Program-made: the position numbers and the translations under genes | In this document: piece after piece, positions 38,607 to 47,158 of the stretch | How positions within the stretch are numbered: the first letter of the stretch is position 1 | How the letters are laid out: each line of letters starts with the position of its first letter | Assembly (NCBI GenBank): GCA_964401555.1 | Contig: CAYNYW010000007.1 | Location: 64,201 to 128,200 of the forward strand | From: an uncultured Defluviicoccus sp. | Lineage (GTDB): Bacteria; Pseudomonadota; Alphaproteobacteria; Rhodospirillales; Defluviicoccaceae | Direction: 5' to 3' | Length of the DNA: 64,000 nt | Notes under the pieces: model-generated | Seen by the model: the letters and a program-made list of their open reading frames with translations, nothing else | Database searches by the model: none | Told to the model about the DNA's origin: nothing

Positions 38607-39932
38607 ATGAGAAGGCTCCTTGTGCTGGCGGCCGCCATCGCCGTTGCCGCGTCCGTGAGCGGCTGCGAAAGTTGGTTCGGCGACGACAAAAAGGAAGCGC
38701 TGCCCGGCAAGCGCATCTCCGTGCTCGCGCATCAGCAAATCCTGGCGCCCGATGCCGCGGCCGCCTTGAGTCCGGTCCAGCTTCCACCGCCCATCCTCAA
38801 CGCCGATTGGCCCCAGGAGTCCGGCCCAGCCGAGCCACCGCCCTATCATCTTCGCCTGGGGCCCGATCCGTCCCAGGTGTGGCAGGAGACCATCGGCGAG
38901 GGGCCGAGTTCCAGTCAGCCGCGCATGCCGGCGCCGGTGGTGGGCGGGGGCCGCGTCTATGCCATGGACGCGCGCAATCGGATCCGTGCCTTCGATGTCG
39001 CGACCGGCAAGGAACAATGGAAAGCCGACTTGGCCGAGAACGAAGAGGATGACGACGTCGTCGCGGGCGGCCTCGCGTTCTGGAATGGCCGGCTGTACGC
39101 GACCACCGGCTTCGCCAAGATCGTTGCCCTCGACGCCGCCAGCGGCAAGGAGATCTGGCGCCGGGCGCTGGCGGCACCGGTGCACGGTGCACCTGCCGTC
39201 GACGCAGGCCGCGTCTTCGTCTCGACCATCAACAACGTCCTTTACGGGCTGAGCGCGGCCGACGGTCGCGAACTATGGCCGGCGTATCAGGCGATCAACG
39301 AGGCCGCCGGCGTGCTGGGAACGGCGGCACCGGTCCCGGCCGACGAGAGCGTGATCGCCGCATTCTCATCCGGCGACATCGTTGCCGTGCGCGCATCCTC
39401 GGGCCGCGCCATCTGGACGGAATCGCTGGCTCCAGCCCGGCGCACCGACGAGCTCGCTTCGGTCACCCACATTCGTGGCCGACCCGTCGTCGACGGCAGT
39501 CGGGTTTTCGCGGTCAGCTACGGCGGCCAGCTCGCCGCTCTGAACCTGCGCACTGGCGAGCGGATCTGGGACCGCGAAATCGGTGGGCTTTTCGGCCCTT
39601 GGGTTGCGGGAAAATACCTGTTCGTGTTGTCCACCAATCAGGAACTCGTGTGCCTGACCAAGGACGACGGTTCCATCGTCTGGGTGGCCCAGCTCCCCGC
39701 TTTCGAGAACGAAAACAAGCGTGAGGACCCGATCCTCTGGGCCGGCCCCGTAGTCGCCGGCGGCCGCTTGATTGTCGTCGGCTCCAACGGCAAGGCACTG
39801 TTCCTCTCTCCGGTCGACGGCCGCATTGCCGGCAGGATGACCCTGGGCGCGGGCGCGCGACAGGTCCCGATCGTCGCCGGTAATCGCTTGTTCGTCGTGA
39901 CCGACGACGGCAAGCTCGCGGCCTATCAATAG
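38607..39932 (+). CDS. bamB: outer-membrane protein assembly factor BamB (PQQ-like beta-propeller lipoprotein)
   Basis: Lipobox AASVSGC and repeated propeller blades (GRVYAMDA, GRLYATT, GRVFVST, SRVFAVS, GKYLFVLS, GRLIVVGS, NRLFVVTDDGKLAAY). Confidence 0.85.
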   Translation: MRRLLVLAAAIAVAASVSGCESWFGDDKKEALPGKRISVLAHQQILAPDAAAALSPVQLPPPILNADWPQESGPAEPPPYHLRLGPDPSQVWQETIGEGPSSSQPRMPAPVVGGGRVYAMDARNRIRAFDVATGKEQWKADLAENEEDDDVVAGGLAFWNGRLYATTGFAKIVALDAASGKEIWRRALAAPVHGAPAVDAGRVFVSTINNVLYGLSAADGRELWPAYQAINEAAGVLGTAAPVPADESVIAAFSSGDIVAVRASSGRAIWTESLAPARRTDELASVTHIRGRPVVDGSRVFAVSYGGQLAALNLRTGERIWDREIGGLFGPWVAGKYLFVLSTNQELVCLTKDDGSIVWVAQLPAFENENKREDPILWAGPVVAGGRLIVVGSNGKALFLSPVDGRIAGRMTLGAGARQVPIVAGNRLFVVTDDGKLAAYQ

Positions 39933-39963
39933 GCGACCCGGGGCGTAGCGAACGGCGTCCGCG

Positions 39964-41307
39964 ATGTCGTTTACCGTAGCCATCGTCGGCCGGCCCAATG
40001 TCGGCAAGTCGACGCTGTTCAATCGGCTGGCCGGTCGGCGCTTGGCAATCGTCGACAACACGCCGGGGGTGACCCGCGATCGTCGCGAGGCGATGCTGCG
40101 CCTGGGCGAGTTCTCGCTCACCGTGGTCGACACCGCCGGCTTCGAAGACAGTATCGAGGGCGATCTTGCGCGGCGCATCCAGGCACAGACCGCTCAGGCG
40201 ATCGCGGGGGCGGACCTGGCGCTGATGCTGATCGATGCACGGGCCGGCGTCACGCCGCTCGATGCGGAGCTGGCCGTCGTGCTCCGACGATCGGGGGTGC
40301 CGGTGATGCTGGTCGCTAACAAGTACGACGGCGGCGCCGGCCACGCGGGGGCCTTGGAAGCCTTCGGGCTGGGCCTCGGCGAGCCGCTCCTGGTCTCGGC
40401 GACGCACGGCGAGGGCCTCGGCTACCTCACGGACGGACTGCTGCGCGAAGCGATGGCGTACGTGCAACGCGGTGAGCCCTCCTCAGCGGCCGCTGCACCT
40501 GCCATTCAACTCGCCGTCGTCGGCCGGCCCAACGTCGGCAAGTCGACGCTGGTTAACCGCCTGATCGGCGAAGAGCGCCTGATCACCGGGCCGGAGGCCG
40601 GCATCACCCGCGATGCGATCGCCGTTGATTGGCGGTTCGACGACCACCGCCTGCGCCTGATCGACACCGCCGGCCTGCGCCGCCGGCCGAGGGTCCAGGA
40701 CCGCATCGAGGCGTTCGCGGCGGCCGAGAGCCTGCGCACCATCCGCACCGCGCACGTCTGCGTCGTCGTCATCGATGCCACCCACGGTCTCGACAAGCAG
40801 GACCTCGCCATCGTGCGCATGGTTACGGACGAGGGCCGCGCTCCGGTGCTGGCGCTGAACAAGTGGGACCTGATCACCGCCCCCCAGCAGGCCCTCGCCG
40901 GGTTTGACCGCAGGATTGAAACCTCGTTGGCCCAGGTGCGCGGCCTCAAGCGGGTGCCGCTCAGCGCGCTCGGCGGCCGTGGCTGTCCTGCGCTGATGGC
41001 TGCCGTCATCACGGCCTTCGAGGCCTGGGGGCAGCACGTGACGACCGGGCCGTTGAACCGCTGGCTGCATGACGCGTTGTCCCGCCACGCACCGCCGGCG
41101 GTGCAGGGGCGGCCGTTCAAGCTGCGCTATATCACCCAGGTCGGCACCCGGCCGCCCAGCTTCGCCCTGTTCGCCAACCGCGACGCGCAGTTGGCCGACG
41201 GCTACCTGCGCTATCTCGCCAACGGATTGCGCGAGCGCTTCGGTTTTGCCGGTGTACCGCTGCGCTTCAGCGTCCGCGCCGCAAAGAACCCCTACGCACG
41301 CCAGTAG
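39964..41307 (+). CDS. der: ribosome-biogenesis GTPase Der (EngA)
   Basis: Two G domains, each with GRPNVGKSTL, DTAG and NK.D motifs, plus a KH-like C-terminus. Confidence 0.9.
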   Translation: MSFTVAIVGRPNVGKSTLFNRLAGRRLAIVDNTPGVTRDRREAMLRLGEFSLTVVDTAGFEDSIEGDLARRIQAQTAQAIAGADLALMLIDARAGVTPLDAELAVVLRRSGVPVMLVANKYDGGAGHAGALEAFGLGLGEPLLVSATHGEGLGYLTDGLLREAMAYVQRGEPSSAAAAPAIQLAVVGRPNVGKSTLVNRLIGEERLITGPEAGITRDAIAVDWRFDDHRLRLIDTAGLRRRPRVQDRIEAFAAAESLRTIRTAHVCVVVIDATHGLDKQDLAIVRMVTDEGRAPVLALNKWDLITAPQQALAGFDRRIETSLAQVRGLKRVPLSALGGRGCPALMAAVITAFEAWGQHVTTGPLNRWLHDALSRHAPPAVQGRPFKLRYITQVGTRPPSFALFANRDAQLADGYLRYLANGLRERFGFAGVPLRFSVRAAKNPYARQ

Positions 41308-41319
41308 ATCGCACGATCG

Positions 41320-42936
41320 CTAGGAGGCCGTGGCGGGCTTGCGCTCCAGGAACGCCCGGTTGAAGCGCAGCGACTTGGCGCGCACGACGTGGGGCAGGTC
41401 CCGGATGCGTTCGAGCAACGCTTCTCCGGGCGCCTCGTCGATCTCGATCAGCGCAATCGCGTCGCCGCCGGCGCGGTTGCGGCCGAGATGGAAGGTGGCG
41501 ATGTTGATGTTGGCCTCACCCAGGACGCTGCCGACCCCGCCGATGAAGCCCGGCCGGTCGTGGTTGGTGATGAACAGCATGTGCGGACCGAGATGCGCGT
41601 CCATCGAGATGCCCTTGATCTCGACGATGCGCGGCTGGTCGCCGTTGAACAGCGTACCGGCGAGCGTGCGCGTCTGCACCTCGGTGACCACGGTCAGGCG
41701 GATCAGCGTCTGGTAGCCTTGCGCGCAATCGCGCTTGACCTCGCTCACCTCGATGCCGCGCGCCGCGGCGATCGACGGCGCGTTGACCATGTTGACCGAG
41801 TCCATCTGCGGCGAGAGCAGACCCTCCAGCACGAGGGCGGTCAGCGGCCGGGTGTTGAGCGCGCACGCGTGGCCCTCATAGGCGATGCTGACACTCTTGA
41901 CCGCGCTTTCGATGAGCTGGCCGGCGAGGCTGCCAAGCTGGCGGGCGAGACCCATGTAGGGGTGCAACCGCGGCATCTCGTCGGCGCTCACCGACGGCAT
42001 GTTCAGCGCGTTGACGACGCCGCCGGTGATCAGGAAATCCGCCATCTGCTCGGCGAGCTGCAGCGCCACCTTTTCCTGCGCCTCGACGGTGGACGCACCT
42101 AAGTGCGGTGTCGCCACCAGTTGCGGCAGCCCGAACAGCGGGCTCTCGGTCGCCGGCTCGACCGAGAAGACATCGAGGGCGGCGCCGGCAACGTGGCCGG
42201 CCTCGATCGCAGCCTTGAGATCGGCCTCGACCACCAGCGCGCCGCGGGCGCAATTGATCAGGCGCACGCCCTTCTTCATCTTGGCGAGCGCCGCGGTATT
42301 GATCATGCCGCGGGTGGCATCGGTGGTCGGCGCGTGCAGGCTGATGAAATCGGCCCGCGCGTAGAGCTGATCTAAGTCCACCTTCTCGACGCCCAAAGTT
42401 TGGGCACGCTCCGGCGTCAGATAGGGATCGTGGGCGATCACCCGCATCTTCAGGCCCTGGGCACGATCGGCGACGATGGAGCCGATGTTGCCGCAGCCGA
42501 TGATGCCGAGCGTCTTGCCGGCGAGCTCGACCCCCATGAACTTCGACTTTTCCCACTTGCCGGCCTGCGTCGAGGCGTTGGCCTGGGGGATCTGGCGGGC
42601 GAGCGCCAGCATCATCGCGATCGCGTGCTCGGCCGTGGTGATCGAGTTGCCGAACGGCGTGTTCATGACCACGACGCCGCGCGCGGTTGCCGCGGCGAGA
42701 TCGATGTTGTCGACACCGATGCCGGCGCGCCCGATCACCTTGAGATTGGCCGCCGCCTTGATAACGTCTGCGGTGACCTTGGTTGCCGAGCGCACGGCGA
42801 GGCCGTCGTAAGCGCCGATGCACGCGATCAGTTCGGCCGGCGACAATCCGGTCTTGACGTCGACATCGACGCCGCGGGCGCGAAAGATAGCGACGGCTTC
42901 CCCGCTCATCTTATCGGAAATCAGGACTTTCGGCAC
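41320..42936 (-). CDS. serA: D-3-phosphoglycerate dehydrogenase (long form with ACT domain)
   Basis: Begins VPKVLISDKMS (GTG start). Shows GIIGCGNIGS NAD motif and C-terminal ACT-like LFITNHDRPGFIGGVGSVLGEANINIA. Confidence 0.9.
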   Translation of the reverse strand: MPKVLISDKMSGEAVAIFRARGVDVDVKTGLSPAELIACIGAYDGLAVRSATKVTADVIKAAANLKVIGRAGIGVDNIDLAAATARGVVVMNTPFGNSITTAEHAIAMMLALARQIPQANASTQAGKWEKSKFMGVELAGKTLGIIGCGNIGSIVADRAQGLKMRVIAHDPYLTPERAQTLGVEKVDLDQLYARADFISLHAPTTDATRGMINTAALAKMKKGVRLINCARGALVVEADLKAAIEAGHVAGAALDVFSVEPATESPLFGLPQLVATPHLGASTVEAQEKVALQLAEQMADFLITGGVVNALNMPSVSADEMPRLHPYMGLARQLGSLAGQLIESAVKSVSIAYEGHACALNTRPLTALVLEGLLSPQMDSVNMVNAPSIAAARGIEVSEVKRDCAQGYQTLIRLTVVTEVQTRTLAGTLFNGDQPRIVEIKGISMDAHLGPHMLFITNHDRPGFIGGVGSVLGEANINIATFHLGRNRAGGDAIALIEIDEAPGEALLERIRDLPHVVRAKSLRFNRAFLERKPATAS

Positions 42937-42955
42937 ACGCAGCTCCCTTCGGCTT

Positions 42956-44128
42956 TCAGGACTTGTCGGCTGCCGCCTTGACGGACGCAAAGGCCCAGTC
43001 GAGCCAGGGCAGCAATGCCTCGATATCGGTGCGCTCGACCGTTGCGCCGGCCCAGATGCGCAGCCCCGGCGGCGCATCGCGGTAGCCCGCGATGTCGTAG
43101 GCGACGGCTTCCGCCTCCAGGACCGAGGCAATCTTCTTCGCCGCCGCCGCCTGCTCGGCCGCGGGCAGACCGGTGAACCACGGATCGACGATCTTCAGGC
43201 ACACCGACGTGCGCGAGCGGGCGAGCGGATCGCAGGCGAGGAAATCCGCCCAGCCGCAGCGCCCGACCCAGGCCGCGATCGCCGCGAAGTTGGCTTGGCT
43301 GCGCGCGATCAGGCCTCCGAGCCCGCCGGCGCCTTCCGCCCAGGCAAGCCCGTCCAGCGCGTCCTCGACGGCGACCATCGAGGGTGTATTGATGGTCTCA
43401 CCAGCGAAGATGCCTTCGTTGAGGCGGCCGGCCTTGGTCATGCGAAACAGCTTCGGCATCGGCCAAGAAGGCGTGTAGCCCTCCAGCCGTTCGACCGCGC
43501 GCGGACTCAAAATCAGCACGCCGTGCTGCGCTTCGCCGCCGAGCACCTTCTGCCAGGAATAGGTGACGACATCGAGCTTGTCCCACGGCAGGTCGAAGGC
43601 GAACGCCGCCGAGGTCGCATCACAGATGGCGAGCCCCTGGCGGTCGGCGGCGATCCAGTTACCGTCGGGGACACAAACGCCCGATGTCGTGCCGTTCCAG
43701 GTGAACACCAGGTCGCGGGCGGGATCGACTTCGCGCAGATCCGGCAGGCTGCCGTAATCGGCGGCGAGCACGCGCACGTCCGCAAGCTTGAGCTGCTTGG
43801 TGACGTCGGTGGCCCAATCCTTGCCGAAGCTCTCCCAGGCCAGCACATCGACGCCGCGCGGACCCAGCAGCGACCACAGCGCCATCTCGACGGCGCCGGT
43901 GTCCGACGCGGCAACGATACCGAGGCGATAGTCGGCCGGCAGGCGCAGCAGGGCACGCGAGCGGTCGATCACCGCCTTCAGCTTGGCTTTGCCGGCTTTG
44001 GAGCGGTGCGAGCGCCCGACGCAGGCGTCTTTCAGCGCATCCGCGCTCCAGCCGGGGCGTTTGGCACAGGGACCCGAGGAAAAACAGGGATTGGCCGGAC
44101 GCACGTTCGGCCGCGCGGGTGTGGACAT
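42956..44128 (-). CDS. serC: phosphoserine aminotransferase (about 390-aa type)
   Basis: Begins [27 protein letters not shown]. Shows [14 protein letters not shown] (PLP lysine context). Adjacent to serA. Confidence 0.85.
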   Translation of the reverse strand: MSTPARPNVRPANPCFSSGPCAKRPGWSADALKDACVGRSHRSKAGKAKLKAVIDRSRALLRLPADYRLGIVAASDTGAVEMALWSLLGPRGVDVLAWESFGKDWATDVTKQLKLADVRVLAADYGSLPDLREVDPARDLVFTWNGTTSGVCVPDGNWIAADRQGLAICDATSAAFAFDLPWDKLDVVTYSWQKVLGGEAQHGVLILSPRAVERLEGYTPSWPMPKLFRMTKAGRLNEGIFAGETINTPSMVAVEDALDGLAWAEGAGGLGGLIARSQANFAAIAAWVGRCGWADFLACDPLARSRTSVCLKIVDPWFTGLPAAEQAAAAKKIASVLEAEAVAYDIAGYRDAPPGLRIWAGATVERTDIEALLPWLDWAFASVKAAADKS

Positions 44129-44237
44129 CGGTGGCTCCCATCCTTGCAGATGGGTCGCGATCCGTTGGGGGATCGTGGCCCGGGCGGACTTGTATGGGCT
44201 CGCGGTGCGGCCGTCAACCGCCGCCGGTATTCGCTTC

Positions 44238-44288
44238 GCGCGGCCCGGCTATGCGCGGCCCGGCTATGTGCGGCCCGGCTATGCGCGG
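44238..44288. repeat. 15-bp tandem repeat, about 3.5 copies (gcgcggcccggctat), overlapping the terL stop codon
   Basis: Copies at 44238-44252, 44253-44267 and 44268-44282 (one substitution), then a partial gcgcgg. The terL TAG is the complement of 44279-44281. Confidence 0.95.
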
Positions 44289-45823
44289 ACGAGATGGCGG
44301 GACAGGGCGATGAGCAGGGCGACGATGAGATCGATCTTTTCGATGCTCTTACTCTTGGTCGGCTTGAGGTCGCCATTGGCGTTCATCTCAACCACCGTGT
44401 TGGTGGCGCACCAGCGCAGCACGGGATGGTTGCCATGGCGCAGGCGCCCGGTCATCACGAGGTGTTCGAGGGCGCGCACTGGCGCGTTCATCACGCTCGC
44501 GGTCTGCGGTACCGGCACGCACGCGAAGCCGTCGCTCATCAGCTCGCTGATCAGCATCGATGAGTTCCAGCGATCGAACGCAACTTCTTCGATGTGGTAC
44601 AGTTCGCCGAGGCTGCGAATGGTGGCGAGGATGGCGTTGTGGTCGATGACGTTGCCGGATGTCGCCGTGATGAAATCGTGATCGGCCCAATAACGGTAGT
44701 CGACCCTGTCCTTGCGCGAGCGCTCGCTCAAGGCTTCTTCCGGACAAAACGGATAGGACAGCACGGTGCAGCCTCCATCCTTGTCCGGGAAGAGCAGGAC
44801 GAGTGCGGTCAGATCCGATGTCGAGCTCAAGTCCAGCCCGGCATAGCACTTGCGCCCGATCAGACGCTCTGGCGTCACCGCGTCTTCGCCGCAGGCGTCC
44901 CACTTGCGCATGTCGAGCCAAGCCGACGCCTTTTCCGTCCAGATATTGAGGTAGAGCCTGCGAAAGCTGTTGACGAAGCCGGGCGTAGCCTGGGCGCGAA
45001 TGCATTCTTGCCTGAAGAATTCCTCGGAAATGGTGATGCCGAGGCCCGGGTGTGCGGCGCGCCAGACCTCCGGATCGGTCCAGTCGGCGTCCGCCTCGGC
45101 GGCCGAGATGGAAACCAGCCAAGTTGGATCGTTGATCTGGCCGTCGCGCACGCGGGCAGCGTAGCGATGCTGCTCCCAGGCGAGGGAGGACTGATCCCAT
45201 CCGGCAGTTGTCAAGTAGAGCACCAGCGGATCGTTGCGCGCCGCCATGCCGGTGATGAGCGCATCGTGCAGCATCCGTGCGTTTTGCAGGTGTAGCTCAT
45301 CGAAGATGATGCAGGAGACGTTTTCTCCGTGTTTGTGCTCGGCGCGCGAGGAGACGATGTGCAGCCGTGCATCCTTGTAGGTGATCATGTTTTTCAAGAG
45401 CCGGCAGGAGGCGGCAAGGTCCGGATCCCGTTGGATCATGGCTTTGGCGATGCCGAAGCAGATTTGCGCCTGCTGGCGGTCGGCGGCGGCGATGACGATG
45501 TCGGCGCCGGGTTCCGGGTCGACGAACAGCATGTAGAGGCCGATACTGGCCGCAAGCGTCGTCTTACCGGACTTGCACGGCGCTTCCAGCCACAAATACC
45601 GGTAGCGGCGGCGCCCGTCGGCCCGCCGCCAGCCGAACAGATCGGAGACAAGGCGGCGCTGCCAGGGCGCCAGCAACAGCGGCTGCCCCGACAGCGGACC
45701 CTTTACGTGCCGACAGTACTCCTCGATGAAGAAGAGAACGCGATCGGCAATGTCTTCGTCGTAATTGAAGGCGTCATTTGAGAATGGCGCGTCGCTCCCC
45801 GCAGTCTTCGCCATCATCGCCAT
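44279..45823 (-). CDS. phage terminase large subunit (Terminase_1-like), apparently intact
   Basis: Part of ORF 44279..46024. Start taken at MAMMAKT. Shows Walker A-like EAPCKSGKT, Walker B CIIFDELH, nuclease-domain acidic motifs YAGLDLSSTSD and FDRWN, and the typical C-terminal KIDLIVALLIAL. Confidence 0.8.
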   Translation of the reverse strand: MAMMAKTAGSDAPFSNDAFNYDEDIADRVLFFIEEYCRHVKGPLSGQPLLLAPWQRRLVSDLFGWRRADGRRRYRYLWLEAPCKSGKTTLAASIGLYMLFVDPEPGADIVIAAADRQQAQICFGIAKAMIQRDPDLAASCRLLKNMITYKDARLHIVSSRAEHKHGENVSCIIFDELHLQNARMLHDALITGMAARNDPLVLYLTTAGWDQSSLAWEQHRYAARVRDGQINDPTWLVSISAAEADADWTDPEVWRAAHPGLGITISEEFFRQECIRAQATPGFVNSFRRLYLNIWTEKASAWLDMRKWDACGEDAVTPERLIGRKCYAGLDLSSTSDLTALVLLFPDKDGGCTVLSYPFCPEEALSERSRKDRVDYRYWADHDFITATSGNVIDHNAILATIRSLGELYHIEEVAFDRWNSSMLISELMSDGFACVPVPQTASVMNAPVRALEHLVMTGRLRHGNHPVLRWCATNTVVEMNANGDLKPTKSKSIEKIDLIVALLIALSRHLVRA

Positions 45824-46235
45824 CCGACGCGACGAGCCCAAGTTGCTTGCCAAAGCGGCGGACGTCGTTCCAGGCCTGTTCTGCGTCCTGAGCGGCCGGA
45901 TGGCGCCGCCGCATGACGGAGCCGCGACTGGTTTCGGTTTCATAGTAGCGGCCCTCTCGACGGAGCGTTTCTTCGGCGCGAATGGCTTTTGCCAGGGCGC
46001 TGCAATAACCGGCAAGAAGGGCACGGCGGGCCGAGTTCAGGCGTTTCTCTGCCATTAATTGTTTAGCGACGCACTTCCATTCATATACGGCAATTTCGTC
46101 TGTAAGGTACGGTGGCGGGTCGGCCTTATCCTCCATCGGTGACGAATCTTGTCGTTGATAATTTTTGTTGAGGCGCCTCCTAAAAGGCACATTGTTACCG
46201 CCATAGGCAACAGAAACGCTTTGTGATGTCATCAC
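45774..46235 (-). CDS. phage terminase small subunit (P27-family-like)
   Basis: 153-aa ORF with YEWKCVAKQL...LLAGYCSALAKAIRAEETLRREG...RRHPAAQDAEQAWNDVRRFGKQLGL. Overlaps the terL start by about 48 nt. Confidence 0.65.
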   Translation of the reverse strand: MMTSQSVSVAYGGNNVPFRRRLNKNYQRQDSSPMEDKADPPPYLTDEIAVYEWKCVAKQLMAEKRLNSARRALLAGYCSALAKAIRAEETLRREGRYYETETSRGSVMRRRHPAAQDAEQAWNDVRRFGKQLGLVASDGDDGEDCGERRAILK

Positions 46236-46295
46236 GGGATCCTTCGTTGGCAGGTACGTTTCTTTTTACCTTTATTTTTCTTATTGTTATCTAAT

Positions 46296-46336
46296 TTATA
46301 TATCTTGTTTTTGTAATTTGTCAACAGTGGGTTGAC
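46296..46336 (-). promoter_or_regulatory. candidate sigma70-type promoter for terS-terL overlapped by a perfect palindrome GTCAAC-N5-GTTGAC
   Basis: On the minus strand, TTGACA (46324-46319), 17 nt, then ATATAA (46301-46296). The palindrome is at 46320-46336. It is embedded in the only strongly AT-rich stretch of the window (about 46255-46375). Confidence 0.45.
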
Positions 46337-47042
46337 GATCATATTTGTCTATACAATAAAAAATAATAGACTCCTCTTTCGCACACTGAGACGTGGCGAC
46401 TGCGTACTGTATGTCGAGGTAACGTGCCGCGATCCCTCTTCCGACGAGATCTCATGCGGCCAAACACGCGAGACGCCGTTGGCACCCTGCCCGCGCCGCG
46501 CGGCGGAGCCTTCCTATTCGGGCGGCGGTAACGCCTGCGGTCGCCGTTGCGAAGGCATCGACATGCAAGGACGATGCGGCCTCCAGGCGAACCAGCGTGC
46601 ACCGAGTTGCTCCCCGCGCCGGCTCGTTTTGCCGGCGGTCTCGGCGCCTGCCTGTGTGCGAGTGCGAAACACACGCAATTTGGGCAGAGCCATCCACTTG
46701 ATGCAACTCTCTATGCTTTTCCACTGCGTGGTTTGTTGGTTTTGTTCCATCCGTTGTGGCCCCTCTGCGGTCTGCTCTCGACAACCGTTCGTCAAGCTAC
46801 CCGTTTGGGGTATATATACACAAGCGTCTTGGCGTCTCAAAGCGTTGTCTGCGCGGCAGGGCTGAGCCAGGCGCGTTGCGGTCGGCCCCATGATCCGGAC
46901 GGATTGTGGGAAACGGGAGGAAGAGTTCTACTGGATTGGATCACCCGCCTGAATTCCAAGCATGGGACCGTGCAACCATTAACCATCTGATTTTACGGCT
47001 GGATTATAGACCCGATGGACTTCGTCCGTTCGCCTCGGACCT

Positions 47043-47096
47043 CGCGTGCGCTGCATAAACAGACGATGCAGTCTGTTTGCGCCGAGAGCGCACGTG
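47043..47096. other. extended nested inverted repeat (10-bp outer stem plus 8-bp inner stem) in non-coding DNA
   Basis: CGCGTGCGCT (47043-52) pairs with AGCGCACGTG (47087-96) with one G-U. Inner stem AAACAGAC (47057-64) pairs with GTCTGTTT (47071-78). Confidence 0.6.
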
Positions 47097-47124
47097 ATTC
47101 ACTGCGTTGTGTGGAGACGACGGT

Positions 47125-47147
47125 GTTCGGGCGTAAATCGCCCGAAC
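47125..47147. terminator. 9-bp GC-rich hairpin 12 nt downstream of the cyclase stop (possible terminator, no clear U-tract)
   Basis: GTTCGGGCG-taaat-CGCCCGAAC. Confidence 0.35.
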
Positions 47148-47158
47148 GGGTCGCGGCG

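Noticed and set aside
44279-46235. RcGTA-type gene transfer agent head-tail cluster.
   Set aside because: GTA clusters continue with portal, protease, capsid and tail genes directly after the terminase. Here terL is followed immediately by serC.
46332-46865. 177-aa ORF in the non-coding stretch next to terS.
   Set aside because: It starts inside the AT-rich promoter region. Its sequence is Cys/Arg/Pro-rich and not protein-like, and no ribosome-binding site or motif is recognisable.
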